Assembly: GCA_951406725.2 (NCBI GenBank)
Contig: OX597820.1
Coordinates: 80,724,001 to 80,788,000, forward strand
Length of the DNA: 64,000 nucleotides
Origin: Octopus vulgaris
Lineage: Eukaryota
Direction: 5' to 3'
Position numbers and translations under genes: made by a program. The notes under the pieces are model-generated. The model saw only the letters and a program-made list of their open reading frames with translations. It did not search any database and had not been told where the DNA came from. Positions 37,557 through 51,475 of this stretch are shown here, piece by piece (the stretch's first letter is position 1; each line of letters starts with the position of its first letter).

Positions 37557-39275
37557 TTCAAATGCTAGTCCTTCATTAGAAGAAAAGCAATAATGGAAGA
37601 GAGAAATAGTGCGTGTAGCGGAAATTGTTTTTATAATTTTAAAAATGTAACAAAGAAAGAATAGTGAAAAAGGGGTAGTGTAAAGGAGATGAGTTGAAAA
37701 GTAACTGGATGAAGGACAAAGCAGTTTATAGATGTATGTTTATGTGTCTGAGAGCGGACTTAAGTAGGGAAATGGTGTAGGCGTTTGCTGGTGAGATATA
37801 TGAATATGTATAGATATGTGTAAATGTGTAAATTTCGAGCCGTTGGTTAGCGGGGTGTCAGAGATGTTGATGTGTGTTTAATTGTTGCGTATGTGAGCGC
37901 GTTTATGTAAAGATGCAAGCGTATGTGTGACTAAAGGTGTGAAGTGATGTAGGAGTGTGTGAGCATGCGTTTACGTAAAGATAAACTTATAAGACCGGGA
38001 AAACTTTCTTTAAGGTATGTATCTGTAAAACAAAGAACAAAAGGCTGAAAAATGTACGGGAAGCTGAAAAAGAGTTCGATGTCAAGACAAAAAAATCGAA
38101 GGAGAAAGTGAAATAGTATGGATGCGAAAACGTGTGAAAGTGGTCCACACGTGCTACTGGTATGACGGGAAATGGCCGACGGAAGAAAGCTCAAACGTAG
38201 TTTTTTATTTTTAAATAAGAACGGATGCGATGGAGTGAATGGTGTAAGCGTGGTTGAGTGAGTGACTGTTATGTCAAATCAGCAGCAGTAAAGCAAGTAG
38301 TCAGATCGCTGCTGACTTAACGAGTGAAAATGGAGGGAGGGGTTAGAAGAAATGATCAGGGTTGATGTGTGTGCTGGGTGGATGTGGGGGTGGGTATAAG
38401 CGTGAATAAGTAGAGGGTGTGTCAATGTCTGGGGGAAAGGAAAGGCGAAGAGAGGTGTGTGTAAGTGTGAATATGGAAGCAGGGATTTTAGTGTATATTT
38501 GATGGGAATATGTAAGCGTAGAAGGTGAAAGGTTGTATGGCGTGATTGGTGGACGATTAGAGTATGTGACAATGATGTTGTGTAAGTACATAGAAGGTTT
38601 ATAGTTATATATCTTTTACTCGATACAGCCATGAAACTGCAGCCATGTTACGGCACCACTTTGAAGAATTTTAGTTGAATGAATTGACCCCTGTAGTTCT
38701 TAAAAAGCCTGTTACTTAGTATATCGGTCTCTTTCGCCAACACCAATTCTTCTTCTTGTCTTGAGATAGCATTCACCCGGGGTGGGTTGAGCTGGCTTCA
38801 TTCATCCTCAATGCCGCATCTCTCACAAACGCCGAAGAAGGTGAGATGTACATGAGGAATGTTTGAAGGATCTGGGGAATAGGAAGTTCGCTAGCGGTCC
38901 CCAGCCGCAAGTATATCCCTGTTGGGAAAACGTCTTGTTTGCCGTAGATTTTCCACAGACGCAGAGACAGGACGGGTTGAAGCCGCCGGTTGCCGGATCA
39001 GACGCTTCTGTACACCAGAGCCCCGTTAGCCGGGTGCGGCCCTGATACCGCTGGGTGTCAGAACAATCCGCCTTGGGTGGCCCTACCAGAAACCGAAGTC
39101 TCCGACGGCATAGCTCTGACACTCCCGTTTCATCTCCTTACCACGATGAGGAGGGGTTGGACTTTATCAAGCGGTATTATGGGACAAATACACAGACACA
39201 CATACACAGCCACATATACGACAGGCTTTCAGTTTCCCTCCACCAAATCTCCTCACAAAATTTTGGTCGGCTCGA

Positions 39276-39997
39276 GGATCTTTTCTGTTTGGCTGCACCT
39301 GTGGAAATTTTAAAGTTTAGTGAAAATTTTAAAATTTGATGTATTGACGTAATTTTCCACGCTGAATCTCAGGGGATAAATTCACTTTTTCCAGAACAAG
39401 TTTTTAAAAAGGTTACAGACGTTTTAAGTTTTTACCTAGTCGGAAAATAGGATTTGAAAGCTGTCATTTTGTGCGTGACTGTACGTGTTGCCCACAAATG
39501 AAATATTGGCAGAATTTTGATTTACACACGCCATATAAACCCCCGTAACCTTTATTATTATTTTTTTCGATTTCTTTCGATTTTTTAAAAATATTTTGCG
39601 AATTTGTATTCTACACACAGTAATTTATACGATTATGCAAAACCAAAACAAAAAAATGTTGATGCATGATTTAAAACCTGTTTAGCAATTACTTTTAACA
39701 CATCTCAGGACCACTTCTTACCGCCTGTATTTTAAGCATTTAATAAGCAAAAATAACCACGTGGATGAGCAGCTTGTGACTATGGAAACAGACATCTATA
39801 TGTTTGTGGATTTCGATTGGCTAAAATTATCCAAGATTTGCAAATTTTAAAGGCTATTTACTCTTTTTATTGATTCATTGCAAAATGAATTTCATCTCAA
39901 TGATTACCATTCTAAACTACATCAACACATCAAATATGAAATCAATTGGGACAAAAATTGAACAAATTGAAAGGTGGAAGCCAAACAGATAAGATCC
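39276..39997. mobile_element. Non-autonomous DNA transposon (GGATC termini) inserted in a SINE
   Basis: TIR ggatcttttctgtttggct / agccaaacagataagatcc. Degenerate 8-9-bp TSD cggctcga / cagcccga. The SINE continues on both sides. Confidence 0.8.
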
Positions 39998-40109
39998 CAG
40001 CCCGAGACTATAGCAGAAGATACTTGCCCAAGGTGCTACGCAATGGGACTGAGCCCAAAACCAAGTGGTTCGGAAGCAAACTTCTTACCACACATCCAAG
40101 CCTACCCCT

Positions 40110-41107
40110 ATTAAAAACACAAGAACGCCGGTGATAGTCCAAGAAATATTCCTCTTAAAAAATTATGGCCGGGCGTGTTGTCTTCCTTCGCTTGGTAGCT
40201 AGATTTTCCAATTTTGAAGTAAAAAATTCCGAAAATGTGGACAGCTCCCCACGGCTTCTGTCTAGGTGTTCAGATAGCCTCCTGGCTCATGTGAATTCAT
40301 GAGGATAATATATCTTTCTGCCATACACAATTTACACAATCTTGTTCCATTGCGATAGGGGCCACAAGTTTCCAGTAGTTTCTACCTGATGTTAAAGGGC
40401 GTATTATCGCCCTTTAGGCTCCATACGTATGCTGCGAGTGTTCTTGTGTTGCGTCTCTCGGGGACCCTGAAAGAAGATCTGTGGTTGTTCAGGCGAATAT
40501 TAAATTTGGATTCACAAGATCCGACATAAATTTTAGTGTGTGTCCCTGTGTTGGCATTGATGTTACTGATATTTGTGCTGCTTCTGTTTGAGGCTACCTT
40601 TGCTTGGTACACTGTAGCCTCGGTGTTACACTGGCTGTCCACTGGGTATTCGTTTCTAATCTTTCAGGACATCATACACACCCTCAATGACCTTGGCTTT
40701 AAAATCGTCATAGAAATTAACTTCACCGTGGTGAACTTCTTGGAAGTCACGCTTGATCTAGTTAGTGGCACCTACAGACCATACCGTAAACCGAATGATA
40801 GGCTATCGTACATTAATATAGCCTCCTGCCACCCACCCATAGTGTTCAAAAACCTAATAAAAAGTGTCAGTAAACGGATTTCAATCTTATCTTCAAATAA
40901 AGATAAGATATAATATCCTCATGAACTCATTTGAGCCAGGAAACTACCTGAACATCTGGACAGAAGCCGTAGGGAGTTGTCCACATTTTCGGAAATTTTT
41001 ACTTCTAAATTGGAAAACCTAGCTACCAAGCGAAGGAAGACATTTCGCCCGGCCATAATTTTTTAAGAGGAATATTTCTTGAGCTATCACCGGCGTTCTT
41101 GTGTTTA
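40110..41107. mobile_element. Penelope-like element fragment with ~200-bp inverted termini
   Basis: Minus: GIY-YIG (VYQAKV...IYVGSCESKFNIRLNNHRSSF, CKLC...CPH). Plus: RT thumb (VNFLEVTLDL...YRPYRKPND...HPP). 40110-40317 is the reverse complement of ~40904-41107. Confidence 0.88.
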
Positions 41108-41206
41108 AAAAAAAAATTCTTTGCAGAGAACAGTTATCGTTTAGAAAAACTGAAGAAGTGTTTAGTTCACGCTAGAAATGAAACCAAGGGTTTTTTCAAA
41201 ACACAT

Positions 41207-41262
<56 letters not shown>

Positions 41263-41850
41263 GTAATTCATATAATATATATATATATATATATATATAC
41301 GTAATTTATACATACATGCACACCTGCGTACACACACTCACACGCAAACACACACACATATATAAAACGCCTTCCTATACTTGCTTAGCTCCACACACCG
41401 TCATTTACACCAAGAAATCCTCACGCACCCAATACAGTGGGATTCACACATCCCACTCTATACCCATCTCTATACATGCACGGTCCATCTCTTCCTAACC
41501 CTCCCCATAGAACTATGTTCCCACCTGGTCTCTAACTTTTTGTTTCTTTTCGAAACATCTTTTTCCATACGCTTATTTTTCTAATGAAGGACTGGCATCC
41601 TAAACGCCAGAACTCTCCTTTCTTTTTAAGCGTTAAACTAATACAAGATTTGTTAAAATTTGTCCCTTTCGTGATATCTTTTTTGTAGTTATTGTCTTTA
41701 TATGTGTTTGTGCGTGTTTGGCTGTTTTAATGTACATTAAATCTTTTCCTAAGCTAAGTTGTCCTACACACTATTTTCTGCAAATAACATAAGAGTTTTG
41801 TTGAGATTCCAAACTTCGAAGTATTACCCGCTTATATTTTTGCCTTTCAG

Positions 41851-41890
41851 CCTGAAGATTCCTACTTTGGAAGGCCGTCTTCAACTCGAG
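41851..41890 (+). CDS. Coding exon 6, 40-nt microexon (PEDSYFGRPSSTR-G)
   Basis: Strong acceptor tttttgcctttcag and donor GAG|gtgagt. It supplies exactly the phase 0 to 1 conversion needed between exon 5 and the repeat exons. Confidence 0.85.
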
Positions 41891-41948
41891 GTGAGTCAAA
41901 TCAAAAATTGGAATTGTTAGCCAGTTAATTTTACGTAATGATTCATAT

Positions 41949-42023
<75 letters not shown>

Positions 42024-42363
42024 TACCCACACCAAACCGCACACATTTGAATGGGTATATCTCATTTTGTTCATGTATTGCATGGAATGACAACGTCATC
42101 CAGAAAATCGAAAATCGATGTTTACGAACGAAATCACTTGAGAATTTTGTTCAAAATCGACTTCTTGAAATTCCTTGATCCATTTTGCCGTTGTCAGAAA
42201 TCCAGTCAACCATGGTTTAACCCATTGAAAACTTATTTTCTCCTGCGTTATGCTCACCAATTTCAATTTAAATAACTACCATGGTTTTAAGTATTAATGA
42301 ATTGCAATATTACTGCTTGTTTTAAAAATGAATTTAATTTCAGTTGTTTTTAATGTTTTGCAG

Positions 42364-42537
42364 GTTCAAAATCTGCAGATGCTTTGCGTGATCAGTTGAA
42401 GCTGGCAATTAAACAGAAAAACAAAGTCAATTTAGAAAGAGCTATTGCAGAATGCGAAGCGGCTAAATTACCAGAAATTGAAGCTGATCTCTACCAAGCT
42501 AAATCCTTTCTCAACTCTCTCGATAGTGGACGTCCAG
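42364..42537 (+). CDS. Repeat exon R1 (GSKSADALRDQLKLAIKQKNKVNLERAIAECEAAKLPEIEADLYQAKSFLNSLDSGRP)
   Basis: ttttgcag| ... G|gtaaat, 174 nt, phase 1-1. Confidence 0.9.
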
Positions 42538-42966
42538 GTAAATTTTCCAATGGAATTTATTGATATATTTTATACTTTGTGGTGGCAATGCGACACGTTA
42601 TAAGAGGTCCTCCTTGAAAGACTCGTTATAACATAACCGCTCATATTTTTCTATGCTGGTAGTTTTACCTGATAAACCTATACTGTTTCATGTTAACTAA
42701 AGAAAGTTTTTGATAATGATATAAATCTTATCACAGAAGCCCAGGATACTGTTATGGATATTCAAGAATTAATGAGAATCAAGATATCGTATTTTGGTCC
42801 AGCAAGATAAATGTACAAAATCAACAGAAATCTACCGTACTGTGCAGGAGCCAGCAAATATGGAGCAGTGTTTACAGGATAGTGTAGCAAATGGAGAAAG
42901 CAAATGGGATAGTGTTTACAGACAATCTTAAAAATTCAGACTACATAAGACCCTATAGTTCTAGAT

Positions 42967-43225
42967 CAATGGTTCCCAAAGTGGCAGTACTGCCCTCTTG
43001 GGGGCGGTGAAAAGACGTTGAAGAAAAGTGGGATGACAATGGGGTGGCCTAAATGGGGTGATACATGTAAAAAAACATCTTAATAGGTAAATTAGGTTTA
43101 AGTTTTATTTGTGAAATACAGCTGTTTTGAATTTGCTGCAGAAAGTGTTCTATATTTGTGGTGGGAAGGGAAATGTGGCCTGGGTGCCAAGGGGACGACA
43201 GCCTGAAAAAGTTTGGGAACTACTG
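42967..43225. mobile_element. hAT (Charlie-like) MITE
   Basis: TIR caatggttcccaaa / tttgggaactactg. 8-bp TSD ttctagat / ttctacat. Confidence 0.82.
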
Positions 43226-43984
43226 TTCTACATAAATAAAGTCTGGAGAGAATTGGAGATATTAAAGTTTCTCAATTTTTTGAGGTGTTCGTTTTTATGT
43301 TCGTTCAGAGAAAACTTTGGTGGTTTTTTTTTTACAATAAAAAGGATGTTTACATTTTCGAATATCCCGATAAAAAGGAACAGAAAAAAAGGAAGGTAAA
43401 ATTTTTTCATAGAAAATTGTAGACGAAGTTTTTGAAATTTACTGGAGATAATCTTTTGTCTGTCGGACAGAGAAAACTGTAGTTTTCTTGGAATAAAGAG
43501 CATGTTTACATTTTCGAATACTCAGTGGGGAGGGAAATGATAGGTATTCACAGATGTAGATATTATGGGTTTTAAAGCTGATTGTTTATGTGTTCGAAAG
43601 CTGTAGACATGTAAGTTCCTTAACTTAGTTTGAGGGAAATTCAAAATACTCACAGGAAACTGTAGATATTCCAGTCTTTTAGAGTTATTTTTCAGTTGTC
43701 CTATTGGGTTCTATCAGTGTTTCTGTGTCTTCAGCTACTGACAGATAAGAGCTGAGAAGAACACGTCCAGCCGCTGTCACGTTTTATTATTATTATATTC
43801 TTTCGGAGTCGATAAATTAAGTTCCAGTGAAACATTGGAGTTGATGTAATTGACTACGCTCCTCCTCCAAATTTGAGGCCTTGTACCTCCAGTAGGAAAG
43901 ATTATGATTATTATTATTATCATTACTATTATTATTATTAATAATATTTATAGGATTAAGGTAAATCCTCCAGAAGATATAGAA

Positions 43985-44180
43985 GCAAAAAAAAAAGAAG
44001 AGTGCCATTGTCATCAAGTGAACGATATTTCGATATCTCGTGTGGAGGAGTTATCTCAATCCTATAAATTTTAACCAAAATGAAGTAGATTGACACGTTT
44101 ATTTTTTGAACCTGTGGAAGACACATGAGATGTCGAAATATCGTTCACTTGATGACAATGGCACTCTTCCTTTTTTTGCT
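43985..44180. mobile_element. Short foldback/MITE with ~55-bp inverted arms
   Basis: gaagagtgccattgtcatcaagtgaacgatatttcgatatctc pairs with gagatgtcgaaatatcgttcacttgatgacaatggcactcttc. Confidence 0.75.
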
Positions 44181-44204
44181 ATTATTATTATTATGATTAT
44201 TATA

Positions 44205-44248
<44 letters not shown>

Positions 44249-44543
44249 CATTATTATTATGAAGCATTTCGTCCGCCTTTATATTCTCAGGTCAAAATCC
44301 ACCAAAGTCGACTTTGCCTTTCATTCTTTCGGAATCGATAGATTAAGTATCAGCGTATTCGACTAGTCCCCTCCTCCAAAATTTCAGGCCTTGTGCCTTT
44401 AGTAGAAAGGATTATTATTACTTTTATTAATAAACGTTTCGTCCGTCTTTATTGTTAGTTTTATTACTATAGCCTCGGGCCGATCAAAGCTTTGTCAGTG
44501 GATTTGGTAGACCGAAACTGAAAGAGGCCCGTCATATATATGT

Positions 44544-44585
<42 letters not shown>

Positions 44586-45473
44586 GTTTGTGTGTCTGTG
44601 TTTGTACTCTCGCCATCGCTTGACAACCGATGTTGGCGTGTTTACGTCTCTGTAACTTAGCGGTTCGGCAAAAGAAACCGATAGAATAAGTACTAGGCTT
44701 ACAAAGAATAAGTACTGGGGTCGATTTGTACGAGTAAAGCTAGTGCCCCACCATGGTCACAGTCAAATGACTGATACAAAGAGAAAAAAAAAAGGAAAAA
44801 GAATAAGCATTTCGTCCGTCTTTACATTCTGCTGAGGTTGACATTGCCTTTCATCCTCTCGGGTTCGATAAATTAAGTCGACTTTACCATTCATATTTTC
44901 GGGTTCAATGAAATAAGTACCAGTTGAACACTGGGGTCGATATAGTCGACTCATCCCCTACCTCAAAATTGCTGCCCTTGTGGCAAAATTTGAAACTATT
45001 ATTATTATTGTATATCTGAGTTTTGCTTTGTATTTGTACAAATTGATTCCAAGTCTCAGCCAGAGACCTCAAGAGACAACACGATAGAAGTTGGTATTAT
45101 GCCTTGGGTGTCATGTATTTGGTTTTGTACACAGTATTGTTCTAGAGGATGTTTAAGAAAGCATAAGAAAATTATGAGCTTGTTTTAAAATTTGAGATTA
45201 CATAGACAGTATTTTATGTAGGATATGGGCAGTTCTCTTGAGCACTATCTTTTGAATTTCTGCTATTTCCACTCACAAGACTTCGGTCGTACCCAAGGTG
45301 CCATTCAGTGGGACTGAACCCACAACCATATGGTTAGGAAGCAAGCTTCTTACCACACACCCACTCCTGCGCCTACAAACCACACAGCTACTCCTGCACC
45401 TATCAGTACTTTTTTTTTATAAAAAAGAATATTTCTTCGAAATATTTAGTTGATTTTATTTTAATTCTTTCAG

Positions 45474-45647
45474 CTTCTGCATCTCCAGAAACTTTGCGCG
45501 ACCAATTAAAACGAGCTATTATCCAAAAGGACAAACCCAATCTTGAGAAGGCGATTGAAGAATATGAAGCTTCTGGCATCCGTTCTGCAGATGATGATTT
45601 GCAGAAAGCCAAATGTCTGCTGGAAACACTTGGAGGAGGCAGAGGTG
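45474..45647 (+). CDS. Repeat exon R2 (ASASPETLRDQLKRAIIQKDK...LETLGGGRG)
   Basis: ttctttcag| ... G|gtaagt, 174 nt. Confidence 0.9.
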
Positions 45648-48600
45648 GTAAGTCATGATTTTGCTTTCACTGAAAGAAGTTGACATAAGTAAAAAAAAAT
45701 AAATAAATAAAATAAAAAAAAAAAATTAAAAAAATATTTCTTTAAGAAAATGAAATCGTAAATTTTATGCGAGTTGATTGAAACTTTAAATGTCGTCTTC
45801 AAAAAGGCAGGCAGAGATGCTGGATAATAGTCTTTGAGATTTACTTCAGATATATATATAAGGATTTTAGAAATAAGGCACAGCTGCTGGATTTCGTTTT
45901 GCTTATATTGAATTGAAAATGTTATGTAAATGAAAATGGCTTACTATTCTAGAAATGGGGGCAGAGCTGCTGGATTTCTAGAAATTGTATCCATTGAACA
46001 TTAGGGAATAAAGTGGTATATTGGTTCCATTATTTGCAGGACAGATGAGCTATTGATTAGATATTGGAGATATTCATTTTAGTTGTTGAAATTCAATGAT
46101 TAAGAAAAAGACAACCGAAATATTTTTTGTCAGTATTATATTAAATTAAGGAGGTAAAACCACTGGAAACATATATAAAACAAAACACATCACGTGAATC
46201 ACACACACACACACACAAACATACAATTTGAGTGATATACAATTCTTTGGTTTCTTGAAGTTTTATTGTTTACTACTTGTGTTTCTGAACGATATTCCAA
46301 CTTCCTATTTGGTAATTGATATAGGTTTTTTAACTTTTTGTTACGATTCCGTGGTTTACATAAATAAAAATATAAAACCTTATTACGATAGCAGAAGGAA
46401 ATATATACAAAAGTTACACTCACACATACACACACACATTGCATTGAAAACACAAATATATTCTAGTTTTTACTTTTGCTGATTATCTTTTATATTTTCG
46501 AATATGTCACTCGCAATTTCTTTGGAATAACCTTTTGAGAACACAATAGGAAAGGCCAAGTGGCTTATAAATTCTGTTATAAGTGTTAAAGTTGTAACTT
46601 CATGACTTCAGTTCTTACATTGAATATGCAACCCAAGTACTTCTTAAGCTCACCATTCACTTAAAACATGAAGTAATTTCAATAAAATACGTCATAACAA
46701 AAACCAAAACTAAAGTAAGATACAACTTTTTTTCATATTTTTTTTCATGTGTCCGCCATAGTTCAACATTTATAAGGTGTACAGAATTTCCAACCAAAAT
46801 CTATAAATTAACATCCGCGATTGTACCTCCATAAAATACGTGTAATGCTTAGGGAAGTAACACAAATAAAAAACTGGTGGTTGTTATGCTAGTTTTGTAG
46901 ACGGTGGTGGTGACGATGGAGTTGATAATAGTGAATGAATACGAGAAGGAGAGAGAGAGAGAGAGAGAGAGAGTGTGCGTGTGTGTGTATGTGTGTGTGT
47001 GTGTGTGTGTGAGTAATACAGGGCGTACTAAGAACTGAGAATCAGTGTGACCTCACTGCATCTTTAGTCATTCCATTTTTCTGTCTTTCTCTTTCTACGT
47101 TCGTTTGAAGTGGCTGGGAGCTCATTTTAGTATATAAAGTAACGAGATCATTACTTGAAAGTATTATACCGATGCAAGAATGAAAAAATACAAAAAAAAT
47201 TGTTGTATCAAACTCCGTACGAGGCGTAGCTCATTATATAACTCCATCCTTCTTTAAATTCTTAAAATTTCTTATTGATAGATAGCACTCTACTTTACTA
47301 TAACTGCAATTCCCTAAATGTCTGATCTGATTATTTGATGGTCCTAGTATCCCCCACTACTTCTGTCCCTCTCCCCTGGTCATTTGCCCTTAGCTAGAGA
47401 TTCCTGCATCCCGATCCTATACCTGAGTGGCTTGTATGCTTTTATTTTTATTTTTCCTTCACCCTTGCGTTTCATTTATCTATTATTTCCTTTTGTTTTA
47501 CGACATCTCCATTACATCTCACTACTCTAAACCTGCTATAATAAATTATCTCCTACACCCCCCCTCCGGTCAACTTATGATTTGAGCTAGCAGACTCTTT
47601 CTCACACGGATCACTGACTTCAGATATCATATTACACACTTTCAAGAACTACATTCTTAACTTAAACGGCCAACATAGTTGGTCAATCTCCCATTGCAAA
47701 TAAATGAAGGAAGAAAAATGTTACCGTTAGTTGAAATGGTCCTTTATTTTCGTTACAACCATCATTACAAAGTAAGATACCCCTTCTTTGGGTTGTAGTT
47801 ATACACATGTTAGTTATTGTTCTGCTATCCCTTCTGTAGGTAGTGAAATTCATCTATGGTTGACTACTATAGGGAGAAGACAGTCAGACAATTAGAAAGA
47901 GTAAGAGCTCTGTGGTCACGCGTTTACAAGCCATAAGTGAAGGGAGAAAAATAGATGCCCTTTGACCAGAGACCAAGCAACCAAAGAGGGAGAACAGATC
48001 TGGGGTTCTGTATTTATATTTTTATTATCTAAATTAGGACAGGATGAACAAATGCTCTTTCCTCTGTAATCTGCCTTAACTCAAGTCTGACTCTCTCCTT
48101 CTCGTATTCATTCACTTACTCTCAAATTTCCTAGTGCAGAAAGTGAGCCTTTGGTAAATTGTTTTTCCGAGGTAGGTGGAGCTACGTGGAATGATAATTA
48201 TGTTTTGTGTATGTACGTCAGGGAGGCTGATTCATTAAGAAACCAGTAAGAAACCAGTATATCTGTTGCAAGTGTTGATGAAAAATACCATACTATGAAA
48301 TTTTTAGAGTTGTCAATCGTGTAAAACTTTGTTGTCAGGTGTATTCAGTTTAGGTATATTAGATTCAGGTCATGGGATTGTTTTTAAAGACATTTGGTTA
48401 TCGTTGTGTTTTAGAGTTCACAAAAGAAACACTGGTCTTACAAACATACGTGTCTTATATCCTCCTCTATCAGTCCATCTGTACCCCTACCTCCTAGACG
48501 TATATAGACAATTATCATCACATATAGCTCTACCTACTTCAGAAGAAAACAACTTGCCAAATACTATGTAAAACCGAAATGAACCGAAGTGTACCATAAT

Positions 48601-48809
48601 CCAACGAAGGCTACCAGGCCGAAACTTCGAAGTGACCCCTCTTCTTGTAAAAGTATAATAAATGTGTATCCCACAAAAAGTATTCAATAATTCTTCAGTC
48701 TGTGCTAAATTGTTTTTACTATGGATATAAACACACACACGTTCGCGTGCGCGCACGGACACACACACACACAAAACGTGCATAAACGTCTTCTAAAATA
48801 CCGTTTTCA

Positions 48810-49425
48810 TCTCTATATCTATAAACGGCAAAATGTCTGTGTCTTCGTGTCCTTTATACAAATCCACAGTTTTTTCACGTTAAAGGCTCGCATTTTCTAT
48901 GGGCTTTCAAAACTGTCTGAGGGTGGTCAGGAAGATCTTTTCATTTCCCCAGTCACCCTAGAAAGTCATTAAAAACATCGATAAACCGACCCCTTATGCA
49001 CATAAGTTATGGGCATATCTATTCAGAATCGCTAAAACATAGAAATTTGTACGCAGTGCGTGCGTACAGCTAGATACGTCAATAGACTACCAGCTGTTTG
49101 GACGGAGATAATTTTACTCTTGATTAAGCGGAGATAATTTTACCCTTGACAGTTGAATGCGCGTGCGCATTTACAGACAGCGCATTTTTGTTTTGCGAAG
49201 ACGTGTTATCATGTGTTTTGGCTTTTAAATGTGCACGCTTCTTTTATTTGAGAAATGCAGGGGATAATTAACGAGTTAGATCAAGTGAATGACAAGAGAG
49301 CGGGATTTTCATGAAAGACCAAATATGCTTGATATGCTATCATTTCTTAAGTATGCCATAAAACGACCCGGCAACGAACAACAAGCACTAGCACTAGACC
49401 CGGCGACACCGGGTCATATTGCTAG
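48810..49425 (+). mobile_element. Non-autonomous Helitron
   Basis: A|TCTCTATATCTATAAA 5' end. 3' hairpin gacccgg-cgaca-ccgggtc followed by CTAG|T. Confidence 0.75.
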
Positions 49426-49914
49426 TTATAATTATACGTTTGTAGTGAAAGAGCGTGGCTTAGTGGTTAGGGTATTCGACACACGATCATAAGATCGTGA
49501 GTTCAATTCACGGCGACGTGTTGTGTTCATTGAACAAGACACTTTATTTCAGAATAATAACTGTATTGCAAAGGACCAACATTGGTACACTCTGTGTCAC
49601 GCTGAATCTCCCTGAGAACGAGAACTACATCAAGAGTGCACGTGCCTGTGCAGTGCTCAGCAGCTTGCACGTTAATTTCACGAGCAAACTGTTCCGTTGA
49701 TCGGATCAACCAAAATCCTTGTCGTCGTAAGCGACGGAGTGCCAGTTTTTTTTTTTTATAGATTTGTATGTTCCACGTTCAATTTAACAGATAAAGGGGA
49801 AAACTCAAGTGTATGTTTATATGAAATGTTACTACATACCAGTTTAAAACATTTATATTTCATCAAGTTATAATTGATTCTGTTTATTTCAAGCATTAAA
49901 TTTTTTGTTGTCAG

Positions 49915-50088
49915 GAATTAAAACTCCTGAATCGCTACGAAAAAATTTGGAAACTGCTTTAAAGAAAAAAGATGTAAACCTTTTGGAACAAGCAATAAAT
50001 GAATGCAAGAGTAGTGGCTTTGCAGAACTTGATTCTCATATAGACCCTGCTCAAGAAACATTGGAGAACTTGAAAAATAACCTGAGAG
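49915..50088 (+). CDS. Repeat exon R3 (GIKTPESLRKNLETALKKKDV...LENLKNNLR)
   Basis: ttgttgtcag| ... G|gttcgt, 174 nt. Confidence 0.88.
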
Positions 50089-51146
50089 GTTCGTTACCTA
50101 CTTAGTCATTCATCAGTTATAAATATACGATGCTACTTTCGAATATAATATCGCAAATTTCTAATTGTATTTGATATCTGAACACAGCATTAGTATAGAA
50201 TTTAAGGAAAACACCCTTCGTTTTAAAATAAACTTTCTGTACTCATTTTTATCCAGTAACGTTGTAACTAATTGTAAAATATATAATAAATGTGTGTTAA
50301 ATTTCGCTGAAAAAGTTGTTTTGTAGTTAAAGCAAGTGAGGATTAAATTCAGTAAATTTAGGGTATCTGAAATATTTCAGACATCAACTTAAAATACATT
50401 TACACGAATTGATTTTAATTCAAATAGTAGATGATAAATAACCTGAAACATTTTTCAAAAGTTAGGCTCAACCATTTGTGAAATTGTGAAAATTTTCAAA
50501 TGTATCCGGCGTATGCTAGACAAGTGAAAGCTCGCTACGTATAGTCGAGATCATATATTTGCAATTACTCTACACGATTAGTTTTGCATAAATTCCGTTT
50601 CTCCAAATATTATCAATGAAATTCGTTGTAAGTTAACATAGGTTAGGTAAGCAGTTATGCGAAAAGGAAAATTATTGATAATCTGCAAAGTAAACATTGT
50701 GTCAACGAAGAGCTTCTCTCCATTGTACGTTGAACAGATGTAATATCTTCAGAAATGAATTGAAACAAAGCTTCGATTCGTATTGTTAGGGCCGTCCATA
50801 ACATTCACACCTACACACACGCGCATGTTACACACATACACACACACACGCATATTACACACATACACACACACACGCGCATATTACACACATACACACA
50901 AACACACGCATGTTACACACATACACACACACAAACACACATATATGAGAGTGTGTATATTTATTGATTGATAAATATAGATATATATTAAAAACCTAAA
51001 TATTATCTTAAGTCGAGAATGAAGTAAGCATCTTACATTAAATCTAATTATATTAGATGATAACGCAAAACTGAAGTATTGTTTAATAGTTTCTAGTTTA
51101 CACTTGTTTGTGATCATTATTACTAATGCATATCTAACACCAAAAG

Positions 51147-51317
51147 GAAATACTCTCAAAAACCTGCAAAGTCAAATTCGCACAGCGATAAAACACAAGA
51201 ATAAACCAAGACTAGAAAGACTTGTTGATGAGTGTGAATCATCAGGATACGAAGAGCTACAACCGGACATTTTAATTGCAAAGGAAATTTTGGAAGAGCT
51301 TGGAAACACGCGTGAAG
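51147..51317 (+). CDS. Repeat exon R4 (GNTLKNLQSQIRTAIKHKNK...LEELGNTRE)
   Basis: Weak acceptor ctaacaccaaaag|, donor G|gttaga, 171 nt. The 5' boundary is less certain. Confidence 0.8.
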
Positions 51318-51341
51318 GTTAGACATTATAATCATAGTTCA

Positions 51342-51372
<31 letters not shown>

Positions 51373-51438
51373 TAAATGGCAGTTTATTGAGGGGTATTAT
51401 ATAACACCTTGCCATTTTGTGTTTGCGTGTATATATAA

Positions 51439-51475
<37 letters not shown>

